Source of the DNA: Nemertoderma westbladi
Taxonomy: Eukaryota > Animalia > Xenacoelomorpha
Length of the DNA stretch: 64,000 nucleotides
Reading direction: 5' to 3'
Assembly (NCBI GenBank): GCA_032718475.1
Contig: JAUCBJ010001381.1
Span: 1-64,000, forward strand
Each line of letters opens with the position of its first letter. Position 1 is the stretch's first letter. This document shows, in pieces, positions 1-11,399 of this stretch. The position numbers were made by a program, and so were the translations under genes. The notes under the pieces were generated by a model. The model saw only the letters and a list, made by a program, of their open reading frames with translations. It searched no databases and was not told the DNA's origin.

Positions 1-38
1 ATAGCCAATTAAACGAAATTTTGATTGGTCCGTTCTTA

Positions 39-351
39 AAATGTATCTCCTCCTACAATTTTGAGTATTTTGGTCTGAAAATTGGTGAGTACGTGCACTG
101 ACTATCCCTTTACAGAATCCTTAGAGGAATTTTTGAATTTCGTTTTCAAAATGATTTTATTGCACTTTTTGTGACACGAAGTCATCAAATTTTCAATTTT
201 TATAGACTACATAAGCTTTAATCTAACTTTTCTCGAAAACTAGAGCGAAATTCAAAAATCCATCTAAGGGTTCTGTTCAGGAGAGCAGGGCTTTCAAACA
301 AAAAAAAAATTAGCCAAATCGGATAAAGATTGAAGGAGGAGATACATTTTT
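39..351. mobile_element. Imperfect palindromic (MITE/foldback-like) element
   Basis: AAAATGTATCTCCTCC (39-54) vs GGAGGAGATACATTTT (~335-350). CAGAATCCTTAGAGGAATTTTTGAATTTCG (~113-142) vs CGAAATTCAAAAATCCATCTAAGGGTTCTG (~247-276). Termini and TSD not defined. Confidence 0.5.
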
Positions 352-497
352 AGTGACTAAAAGTGTCCAAAAAATGAAATAGGAGCAAATGACAAAAACA
401 AAATGTCCTTTTTTGAACCTTACCGCGAAATCTGTCTGTGAATATCAAAGAATGTCAGTTTAATAATGTCCGTCAGTTAGAATGATAAACTAACAAG

Positions 498-940
498 AAA
501 TTTCGATATGGGGTTTTCGGGGTCGGAGATTTCATTTCTGATGTTAATTTTTGTGTTTGGTAGAATCTAGACTGTCTGTCTGTCGGTCTGTATGTCTGTC
601 TGTTTGTCCATCAGTTGTCCGTCTAATTTTAACAAATCACACCAGCTAGCTAAAATTTCCATTGTGGGGGTTTTCGGGGTCGGGCATTTCATTTCCGATG
701 TCAATTTTTATGTTTGGTAGAGTCTAGGCTGTCTGTCTGTCTGTCTGCTAGTTGTCTGTCCAATTTGAATAAATCACACAAGATACCTAAAATTTCCATT
801 GTGGGGGTTTTCTGGGTCGGGCATTTCATTTCCGATGTCAATTTTTATGTTTGGTAGAATCTAGGCTGTCTGTTTGTATGTCTGTTTGCTAGTTGTCCGT
901 CCAATTATAATAAATCACACTGCCTAGCTAAAATTTCCAT
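498..940. repeat. Tandem ~140-150 bp units containing a (CTGT)n microsatellite, Helentron/HINE-like
   Basis: Three full units plus a partial one of AAATTTCCATTGTGGGGGTTTTCGGGGTCGG...GGTAGAATCTAGGCTGTCTGT. Embedded GTCY microsatellites are typical of DINE-1/HINE elements (family call is inference). Confidence 0.6.
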
Positions 941-1029
941 TATTGTGCTCTACCAGGATGGCAAGGAGAGCCATGAACATTATGCTGCAGGTGCTCATGG
1001 TGGATTGTGATCGAAAATTTGTCAGAGGG

Positions 1030-1172
1030 AGCCAAAACTGGTTTATATGGCTTCCAGCAAACATGAAACAGCCAAAATGCATGTAACCTGGTTTATATGG
1101 CTTCCAGCAAACATGAAAAAGCCAAAATTATGTAACCTGGTTTATATGGCTTCCAGTAAACATCAAAAAAGC
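1030..1172. repeat. ~50-bp tandem repeat, 3 copies
   Basis: TGGTTTATATGGCTTCCAGCAAACATGAAA..GCCAA repeated three times. Confidence 0.8.
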
Positions 1173-2037
1173 CAATCCCTCTGCCCTTCCTGCAACACGT
1201 TGACGTAGTGGCAGAGCTTAAAACTGAATTTGGATACTTCAGTTGAACTAAGGCTGCAGGAAATATCATTTGATGGAATCAGCTAAATCAAATATGTCAT
1301 ATAGAACGAAAAGTGCAATTAGTGTATAAAAAAACAGCCAAGACTTGGTCAGATATTTTAATAAGTGCCACCATCGGATTCAGCGACCTAAAAAACCCCA
1401 CAAGAATTATAATTGGTGTAATAAGACAAATCTGTGTGATTTTGAAATTTTTTATGGTACGAAAAGTGCAAGTAGTGAAAAAAGCCAAATATCTCGAAAA
1501 CGAAAAGTGATATTGCGAAACCGCGTCAAGATTTGAAATCTACATAAAATTTCGGTCTTAATGAAATAATAAAAAAAAAATGATTTTTTTTCACCAAATT
1601 CGACTACCCCCCCCCCCCCCCCCCCCCCCCCCTTAATGCTTCTTTGGAGTTCGGCAGGTGTGAAGTCCCCTGTTTCTATAGGTAGTGTCTTGTCATATAT
1701 TTTCTTTATTTTCATATATTCTCATACATGTTCTACTTATAATTGATTATTACTTGGAGAAAAGAAGAAAAGTAGTATTTTTCTTCTTTAAAAAAGTATT
1801 ATTTTTCTCACCAATGCAATCTCGCGGTATTTTATTTACCGAGCACAGCGAGGTTAATAAAGGGTTAAGAGAAAATTGAAAAAAAAATGTTCAAAGTTTT
1901 TCTCCTATGTAATATGTAATTTTATTCTTAAATTGTTACTTTTTGTTGCTTAATTCCTTAATAATGCGTTGTACTATGTGTATCTGTGTCGGTCACTGAA
2001 TACACTATATTCCACGACATGGTGTAGGAATGTCGTT

Positions 2038-2781
2038 ATGTCAAATGTCATATCTTCAAGGGTGATTATTTTTGTACTGTTTGTCACATTCAATTTCGCA
2101 GCTACTCAAATCACCAATGTAACTTCACAGAACTTAACATGCCCTATCGAACTAACTTGGTCAGTGTCATCAAAAAATATCCAGTTGCAAAATGTATACG
2201 AAGCCAGACTAGAGAAGTTTTTCGAAAGCAATAGATTAAATCGATTGGGAGTAAGGCCTGATTGCGTACGATGTGGAGTCATATCAGTGGTATTCACTGG
2301 GTGGTCCGACGAATACAAGGATGATGTAACTCTTAAGATATCGCCAGGCCTGTGCTTCATTGAAGGATATCGAGACCACTGTCTCGCGATTGGCGAAGAC
2401 GCCTGTGTCCATATGATCACAGTTTCCCTCCCAAACACTGAGCCTGATCCAGACCCAGAAATGAAAGAGTTCACTACCAATCTCTATGGTTATCTGTCCT
2501 ATTACAACTACCTTCAGATTAATCTCACTATGACACACTTTAATTGCCTGTTGCAGTGTTGCGACACCGGCCCATGTCCTACTCCGGAACACGACAAAAC
2601 CACAACACCCGCACCCACAACAACGGAAACAACACCCGCACCCACGGTGGAAACAGCACCCGCAACCACAACGGAAAACATTCCGGTTACAACAGATAAT
2701 AATTCGGCTAATATCAATAGAATGGTAAAGAGTCAGCTGGTTGGGTCCATTATTATTGCAATAGTTCTCCGAGAGTTCTAG
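2038..2781 (+). CDS. Secreted, probably GPI-anchored Cys-rich protein with Pro/Thr stalk (247 aa), possibly a divergent Ly6/uPAR three-finger protein
   Basis: First ATG of the 1969-2781 ORF. Signal peptide MSNVISSRVIIFVLFVTFNFAATQ. 10 Cys ending in CCDTGPC. TTPAPT mucin-like stalk. NNSAN small-residue site then hydrophobic tail LVGSIIIAIVL. Downstream ATTAAA (~2792) and AATAAA (~2849). Confidence 0.75.
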   Translation: MSNVISSRVIIFVLFVTFNFAATQITNVTSQNLTCPIELTWSVSSKNIQLQNVYEARLEKFFESNRLNRLGVRPDCVRCGVISVVFTGWSDEYKDDVTLKISPGLCFIEGYRDHCLAIGEDACVHMITVSLPNTEPDPDPEMKEFTTNLYGYLSYYNYLQINLTMTHFNCLLQCCDTGPCPTPEHDKTTTPAPTTTETTPAPTVETAPATTTENIPVTTDNNSANINRMVKSQLVGSIIIAIVLREF

Positions 2782-4419
2782 AACACAATTCATTAAAAAA
2801 AGATCCGGTGTTGGAATATAGACTATCTCCTAAATGTGGATCCTCCATAATAAAAGATAAGGATAGACTATGCGACTAATTACTGTCTGTAGTTAGTATA
2901 CTATCGATAACCATCTGAACTAATCTTATAATGTTGCATTGTTAACATTATTGACACTCCTTCCACTCACAGAGTATGAAGTTATACAGCACTTTATTTC
3001 ACACTTTATTTATTTATTCCCCAATTACTAAACTACCAACATTGTAATGTTATAAATTTCATAAATAATTTACCAATGTGGGTGTAATAAAACATTCTAG
3101 AACACTGTATTCATCATGTGCAACCATTTGCCGTATTAGTCTGGTTCCAAATCCTGAAAATACGCCTAGAAAGTGATGGCAAAGGCAAATTTGGGTAATG
3201 GCTGGCATCCAACGGTTTTAAGCTAAATCGAGTGTGCTGATTCCGAATCCGTCTGATGACAAGCTCAATTGTGAATTTTTGGGTCCCGTTTCACCATGGC
3301 AACAGGAGGTCATTTGCAAAACACCACTTTCTATTGACTCTACAGAATTTTAACCTTGACCTACCCTCCTTAACCGGCATCAGAGAATCCATTGAGCTAC
3401 ATTTTAGAACCCAGTTACAATGGCAACTGTTCGAGATACGTTTTTATATGTCGTTTTTACAGTAAATTTAGGTGAATTTTTGCAAATATCATTAATTTTC
3501 TAAACCATGCCAAATACGTGTTCCCCTTGGGCTAAAATCATGAAACATTCCAAATATATTGTCAATATGACCCTCTATATTTTTAATGGTGGCGCCATAA
3601 AAATGGATTAGCAGTTGCCATATATCCATGGAAACAAGCAAAATATAACCTGTATTATTATGTAATTATTGTACTTATTATGTAATTTGTATTGTAATTA
3701 TTTATTATAGACACAGATCCTTGTTGATTACCACAATGGAGGTTAATATAATACTATAATAGACACTGGTATACTTTACTACTCACTACAACTTAATTAT
3801 TGAACTATCAATTTTATACTGTCACAGTGTCACTCGAATTATAAAACGTCTCGCATATAAACCATATAAATACTACTAAGGGCTCTTTAAGAACACTTTA
3901 ACTTAATGTTTAGTAGGCCTATCTATATTATAATGTTATAACAAATGTACAGGACTCCGAGCTCCAAAATTCCGTATTATTTTAGCATTGTTTAAAACAA
4001 AACGATGGTTTCTTCAGTCAAAAATGAACGAATTTGCTGACAATGCTCGTTTAATTAAATTAACCCACGTCATTACTGAAGTCATTTTTTAAATTTTTTT
4101 ATATTTTTGGTTTAGGAGATATTTTGGTTGGAGTCAGAATCGAATTTATTTTTTACGTCGGAGCGGAGACCTCCGACTTTGTCAGTACTCCCTGCTATAT
4201 ATTATATTATTATGGTGTATTTAAGTTAAGTGCGAGATTTATGATTATATTAATATTATAACAATCACTATATTTGTTTTCAGTCATTCATAGTGAATGT
4301 ACAATCATTTACTTTTCAGTTTGAGAAAATTGATTATATCATTTCATTCATAGACCCATAATATCTCCAGCACACTAATAGGTGCTCAGTAAATTTAATA
4401 TCAGCAATCTGCATAGGAG

Positions 4420-4660
4420 ACACACCTCTAGGTCACCATAGAAACGCATTGAACCAACGGATCTACTAATCTTTATCGTTCATCTCCCAAGTCTCCATAG
4501 AAACAACTTATCAAATTCGCCCACAAGTTTAAAGGATCTTACCATTACATTCTCTATAGTCTAAACTACACCAGTAGGTAGATTTACACTATTTTCTATT
4601 TCATAAAAATCCTAAATCTCCAACACAATTTTTCAACCAAAACTGCTTCTACTAACTGTT
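4420..4660 (+). pseudogene. Possible degenerate 3' end of a CR1/L2-group LINE
   Basis: One frame reads LIKFAHKFKGSYHY, resembling the C-terminal ORF2 motif of CR1/L2 elements. Heavily decayed. Confidence 0.25.
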
Positions 4661-4829
4661 AAACTTATATCAAACGCATTTATCGTTATCGGCGAAAGCT
4701 TTTGGATTATTAAGAGTACACATAACATATAGGTTAACAAAAGTTAGATGTAAGCCTCCTATCTGGCATTCTATCAGTATACTATATACATACAATATAA
4801 ATGAGATAAGCTTTTCACTTTCAGACCTA

Positions 4830-7800
4830 TACAGTATAGATCGGTATAGGTTGATATATCTCGGCATTCACTCCATATAGCTCGGTATTGCTCCATATAA
4901 CTCGGTGTAGCTCTGTATTCACTCCATATAGCTCGGTATAGCACGGTATTCACTCCGTATAACTCGGTATTGCTCCGTATAGCTCAGTATTGCTCCGTAT
5001 AGGTCGGTATAGGTTGGTTTAGCTCAGTATAGCTCCATATACCTCGGTATAGCTCAGTATTCACTCTGTATAACTCGGTATCGCTCCGTATAGCTCGGTA
5101 TTCTTCCGTATAGCTTGGTATTGATTCATATAACTTTGTATAGCTCGGTATTGCTCTGTATAGCTCAGTATTGCTCCGTATAGGTCGGTATAGGTTGGTT
5201 TAGCTCAGTATAGCTCCATATACCTCGGTATAGCTCAGTATTCACTCTGTATAACTCGGTATCGCTCCATATAGCTCGGTATTCTTCCGCATAGCTTGGT
5301 ATTGATTCATATAACTTTGTATAGCTCGGTATTGCTCTGTATAGCTCGGTATTGCTCCGTATACCTCGGTATAGCTCTGTATTCACTCCATATAGCTTGG
5401 TATTGCTCCGATTAGCTTGGTATAGCTTGGTATTGCTCCGATTAGCTTGGTATAGTTTTACTCTGTATTACTCTGCGGTATTGCTCTGTATAGCTCGTTT
5501 TATCTCTGTATTCACTCTGTATAGCTCGGTATTGCTCCGTATAGCTCGGTATAGCTCTGTATTCACTCCGTATAGTTCGGTATTGCAACGTTTAGCTTGG
5601 TATTGCTCGGTATTGCTCCGTATAGCTCGGTATAGCTCGGGATTCACTCCGTATAACTTAGTATTGCTCCGTATAGCTCGGTATTGCTCTATATAGCTCG
5701 GTATTGCTCGGTATTGCTCCTTATAGCTCGGTATAGCTCTGTGTTCACTCCGTAAAGCTCGGTATTGTTCCTTATAGCTCTGTATAGCTCGCTATTCACT
5801 CTGTATAGCTCGGTATTGCTCCATATAGCTCAGTATAGCTCGGTATTCACTCCATATAGCTCGGTATTCACTCTGTATAGCTCGGTATTGCACCATATAG
5901 CTCAGTATTCACTCCATATAGATTGGTATTGCTCTGTTTAGCTTGGTATAGCTCGGTATTGCTCCGTATAGCTCGGTATTCACTCCGTATAACTCGGTAT
6001 TTCTCCATATAGCTCGGTATTGCTCCGTATTGCTCAGTATAGGTTGGTATAGCTCGGTATTGCTAGCTCGGTATTGCTCTGTATAGCTCGGTATAGCTCA
6101 GTATTCACTCCATATAACTCGGTATTGCTCCGTATAGCTCGGTATTCACTCCGTATAACTCGGTATTGCTCTGTTTAGCTTGGTATAGCTCGGTATTGCT
6201 CCGTATAGCTCGGTATTCACTCCGTATAACTCGGTATTTCTCCATATAGCTTGGTATTGCTCCGTATTGCTCGGTATAGGTTGGTATAGCTCGGTATTGC
6301 TAGCTCGGTATTGCTCTGTATAGCTCGGTATAGCTCAGTATTCACTCCATATAACTCGGTATTGCTCCGTATAGCTCAGTATTGCTCCGTATAGCTTGGT
6401 ATAGCTCGGTATTGCTCTGTATAGCTCGGTATAGCTCGGTATTCACTCTGTATAACTCAGTATTGCGCCGTATAGCTCGGTATTGTTCCGTATAGCTTGG
6501 AATTGCTCTGTATAGCTTGGTATAGCTCGGTATTGCTCCGTATAGCTCAGTATTGCTCCATTTAGATTGGTATAGCTCGGTATTGCTCCGCATAGCTCGG
6601 TATAGCTCGGAATTCACTCTGTATAACTCAGTATTGCGCCGTATAGCTCGGTATTGCTCTGTATAGCTCGGTATAGCTCAGTATTCACTCCATATAACTC
6701 GGTATTGCTCCGTATAGCTCAGTATTGCTCCGTATAGCTTGGTATAGCTCGGTATTGCTATGTATAGCTCGGTATAGCTCGGTATTCAATCTGTATAACT
6801 CGGTATTGCCCCGTATAGCTCAGTATTGCTCCTTATAGGTCGGTATAGGTTGGTATAGCTCAGTGTAGTTCCGTGTAGCTCGGTAGGGCTCGGTATTCAC
6901 TCTGTATAACTTGGTATTGCTCTGTATAGCTCGGTATTGCTCCATATAGCTTGGAATTGCTCTGTATAGCTTGGTATAGCTCGGTATTGCTCCGTATAGC
7001 TCAGTATTGCTCCATTTAGCTTGGTATAGCTCGGTATTGCTCCGCATAGCTCAGTATAGCTCGGTATTCACTCTGTATAACTCAGTATTGCGCCGTATAG
7101 CTCGGTATTGTTCCGTATAGCTCGGTATAGGTTGGTATAGCACAGTATTGCTAGCTCGGTATTGCTCCATATAGCTCGGTATAGCTCAGTATTCACTCCG
7201 TATAACTCGGTATCTCTCTCGGGGCAAATACCGCACCCTGGTTTGCCATTCCACAGGGTTGGTGTCGCAATGGAGTCAGATATGAGGCCCATCACCCATA
7301 TCTACTCTGGCGCACATGACCCACTATTGGCTGTTGCAGCTCATCTGCTGGGTCATGCCCTGTACCTTTGCTGCCAGGTGCAGGTCGCAGTGAAGTGCTC
7401 TCAGAGTGGAAATGAGAACACTCTACTCCTGACCAGCCATTGGTAGATCACCATCTGCCTGGTCAGGCCATATACCCCTGCAGCCAAGTATATGGGTCCT
7501 TAATCCAGGACCAAGGGCGTCCTTATCCCAGAACGAAGGGGGTCCTAGTTACAGGACCAGATTTGCCCTAGTAAGAGGGTCTATGCAGCTACAGGTGGCA
7601 CCTCCTTTATGCTGCATGGAGGTGGCAAGTTTTCTTGATCAATGACCTAGAATACCTGACCTAACTCGGTATTGCTCCGTATAGCTCGGTATTGTTCCAT
7701 ATAGCTCGGTATAGGTTGGTATAGCTCAGTATTGCTAGCTCGGTATTGCTCAATATAGCTCGGTATAGCTCAGTATTCACTCCGTATAACTCGGTATTGC

Positions 7801-8318
7801 TCCGTATAGCTCAGTATTGCTCCATATAGCTTGGTATAGCTCGGTATTGCTCCGTATAGCTCGGTATGGCTCGGAATTCACTCTGTATAAATCGGTATTG
7901 CCCTGTATAGCTCGGTATTGCTCCATATAGGTCGGTATAGGTTGGTATAGTTCAGTATAGCTACGTATAGCTCGGTATAGCTCGGTATAACACGGTATTC
8001 ACTCGGAATAACTTGGTATTGCTCCGTATAGCTCGGTATTGCTCCAAATAGCTTGGTATAGCTCGGTATTGCTCCGTATAGCTCGGTATAGCTCGGTATT
8101 CACTCCATATAACTCGGTATTGCTCCGTATAGCTCGGTATTGCTCCGTATAGGTCAGTATAGGTTGGTATAGCTCGGTATAGCTCTGTATAGCTCGGTAT
8201 AGGTTGGTATAGCTCAGTATTGCTCTGCATAGCTCGGTTTTGCTCCATATAGATCGGTATTGCACCGTATAGATCAGTATTGCTCCGTATATCTCGGTAT
8301 AGCTCGGTATTCACTCCT
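4830..8318. repeat. 10-bp satellite (GTATAGCTCG / GTATTGCTCC variants) with higher-order duplications
   Basis: Hundreds of degenerate 10-12 bp units. A ~182-bp block is duplicated at about 4980-5340. Interrupted at 7214-7661. Confidence 0.95.
7214..7661. mobile_element. 448-bp non-coding, hairpin-rich insertion (SINE-like retroposon) in the satellite
   Basis: GC-richer unique sequence flanked by the direct repeat TAACTCGGTAT (7203-7213, 7662-7672). (CT)n at the left end. At least 8 back-to-back inverted repeats. Confidence 0.6.
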
Positions 8319-10138
8319 ATTCAAGATCGAGTAAAGTAATGAGCGAGATAATTAATGAGCTGCACCGCGTCTGTATATAAAGGGTTTACCTTTACATATT
8401 CCTTATAGGCGCAACATTATATTCATTTGTTTGTCATCAATAGCTTGCATAGCTCCGCTAACAATTATTTCTGATTGTCTTACTGAAAGCACAAACTAGG
8501 CCAACTAAAACAACTGCAGAACTGAAAGAGACTCAACTAAACTACTGTGTGGCCACGAACTGTGTGTTTACATTGTATTTTAATTGCTGTAGTTCTGGAG
8601 GTGGGCTCTGTATTACTTTATTAGAATAAATATCGTAATAAATAAATGAATGTACTGTACTGTAAATGAAATTCAATAAAAATGTGCCAGATACGATAAA
8701 TTATCCACAGTTAGGATGTGATTGATTATCAGTTGAAATTAAATTGTTAAACTGTTTCATATGCAGTAAAACCTTTTTGCCATGTGGCTGTGCTTTGTGC
8801 TGGAGCCTAAAATAATTAAATTACAATATTATTATTTTATACTGTAATTATACATTTTTCGGAAAGTGTAATCTTAGGCCTAGGTTTCAGTGTGAAATAT
8901 ATAAATAATATATAATAATATATATAAAATGTTTGTAGAGGCTCTAATGTTAGACATGGACTGATGTACTTTTACGACACAGATATGGATTGGGTGCATC
9001 AGTGTGGCAATAAATTAATTAATTTTTAATTTAAATGTGTTTGAAAGCCTAAAGCAGATTTGATATTGATTTTGAATTGGTTATTAGCCACTCAATAAAT
9101 GTCGCAACCACGTAATTTCACAATATTAGCAATAATTTAATGGGAGTGCCTTAAAATATTACAATATCCATATTAAACTGTTTGCTGGACAGTGATGTGT
9201 ATACAAAGACTTCTTATTTCCATCGTTCTTATAAAATTAATTAATTTCTCAATATTGTTACCAATCATATATTTACGCTGCTGGCCTGCGCAGCAGTTTT
9301 GCCAGCAGCGCTCTAACAATAATAAACAACCCCCCCCCCCCCCCCCCCAACCTACACTCCTTCCTACTGTATTCTTATATAATATTGGAATGCTCCTGCT
9401 GTAACATAAGTCTGCTTTGCAAAGAATAATGAAATCTAAATGTGGCCGGCCTATATCTTAGCTTACTAAATATTGCTTATGAAGTGACAGGCCGATAATT
9501 TTACTAATTATTGAAATATTACTACTGGCATATATTATACAGTTGTATTTATTTATAATGGTATCTTTCACTATAAATTTTAACGAAGTTTATTAATTAA
9601 ATAAAAATTATAATTAACATAATAATATTAGTAAAGCAAGATATTCTCAACATACAGGGCATGTTAAATTAAAAATGTTGTAATATGAAATTATATTCCT
9701 GACATCAAATACAGAAACTTCGTCATATTACCATGCAGTAAGTAAAATGAAAACAATATTGTGCGATCTGGAGTTATCTGTACTATTAATTTTAATTATA
9801 TCATTGATCAAAATAATTAACAATAGAGTTAATGAATTGAAGACAAAGAACAAACAACACCAATAACTTTTTTGTTTGCATTTATAACACGAAGTTCGTC
9901 ATGGTAATTGTTGATGTTAAAATAACTGTATTATATAAAGATATAGTGGATTATTCTTATTTAACTACATGCACAGGCATTAATATAATTTAGTTAACCT
10001 GTTTATAGAAAATGTAGGGGGGTATTATAGGATTATTCTAGAACACATATATACTTAAATTTTGAATCAGATTTAGGATGTGGGAAAACGGATATTCCCC
10101 CCCTATAATAAACTAATAATGATATACATATTAGGGGG

Positions 10139-11321
10139 TGTTCGCGCTTTCAGACCTTTAGCAGTTTAACCTGCCAAATTGGGATGTCTTTTAGATGATA
10201 GATAGTCTTTAGCCTATGACAAGTATTTGATACACTACATTAGCCGAAACCAGTCTATGCGCGATCATTCACCCGCTGGATATACCCGGGAGACTGGATT
10301 CGGAAGCCTAACCGTATTGCGGGGTAGGCCTACTGTATTATTCGACTGATCGTAATATATATAATCTCTGACAAATATTATTCACTTTCGGGAAATATTA
10401 ACAGTTCCTTTAGGACGTGGCGCTTTAAGTATATAAACAGAGTTATGACTTAAACTAGACACAACGGGATGGCTATAGATTCACGTATATGGCGCATTCT
10501 TTAGGAGATGCTTCGTTATCAATCACGATCATACACAATACTGCACAATGCTGCACACCAATCTGCCGACCTTCACTAATTTTAGTCACATATAAGGAGA
10601 ACAACAGACAATACGTGTAGGGCCTATAAAATAGCATTAGATTCACTTCAAACCACTTAATGTAAGTCGCAATTGTTATATGTAACCGGTCTCTCTAACC
10701 TTTAGTATATCAAGAAGATTGGGGTGTCTGATTATTTATCAGTATTCCAAATATAATATTCCATCAACAAACATAATGAATAACCGACAGTAAAAGCAGT
10801 AAAATGTTAAGGTATAAATTGATATGATCGATTGGGTTAGGTATGGTATGTTCGGTATGTTTGTATGTATGTATGATAACGGATATACGTTCTATAATTA
10901 AGCCTACTAATGTTGGACTAAAGACTGAAACATGGAGGTTCCAAAGCCGGTGTTGTAGGCTGTGGACAAAATCACATACTGACTCAACTCCACGAGTTTC
11001 TATATACAATCTCTAACACAGAGGCAAAAAACGCTCTGATTGGTCGACCGAACAAAGAAGGAACAGAGAACAAAGAAAAGGTCCACGTATACAGCATCAG
11101 CTGTTAGCCGTCGTCATGGTAGCTACACTGTTTACAGAGGATTTGGCGCATTGCGTCATAAAATTGCTAATCATGTCCGCTAAAGTACACATAGAGAAGA
11201 AATGGCTTTTATGTCCTCTAAAACAACAGTATAGTAAGGACACGGCCTTTTATGCCTGTTAAACCAACTACAGAGTACTTTACGGGGAAAATAACCGGCT
11301 AATTACGCAAAAGCCTTTACA
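10139..11321 (-). repeat. 3' LTR (1183 bp) of the exonuclease-bearing element
   Basis: TGTTCGCG...CCTTTACA. About 10 differences from the copy at 23635-24816 by eye. Confidence 0.95.
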
Positions 11322-11399
11322 CCGCTCCCAGAAAATGGGATTTAAGTCTATAAAATATAACAAATCACAGTTTCTAAAATATAAAAATACTCTAAACAG

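Noticed and set aside
1607-1715. Poly-C tract next to a short LINE-like peptide (DKTLPIETGDFTPAEL); other long C/G runs at 9330, 28814 and 36107
   Set aside because: The peptide is too short to classify, and homopolymer lengths are unreliable without reads.
3120-3640. Several CATGGCAAC/GTTGCCAT (RFX X-box-like) motifs
   Set aside because: They are probably part of a common repeat, with no defined termini or linked gene.
4810-4835. CTTTCAGACCT match to the end of the long LTR
   Set aside because: Only ~11 bp match, with no extended homology.
4830-8318. Many ORFs of TELYRAIPSY type, also at 24833-26011 and 56381-59374
   Set aside because: They are translations of non-coding satellites in several frames.
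10764-11009. 81-aa ORF duplicated at 24259-24504
   Set aside because: It lies within the LTRs, has a non-ATG start, and is not evidently preserved in the diverged LTR.
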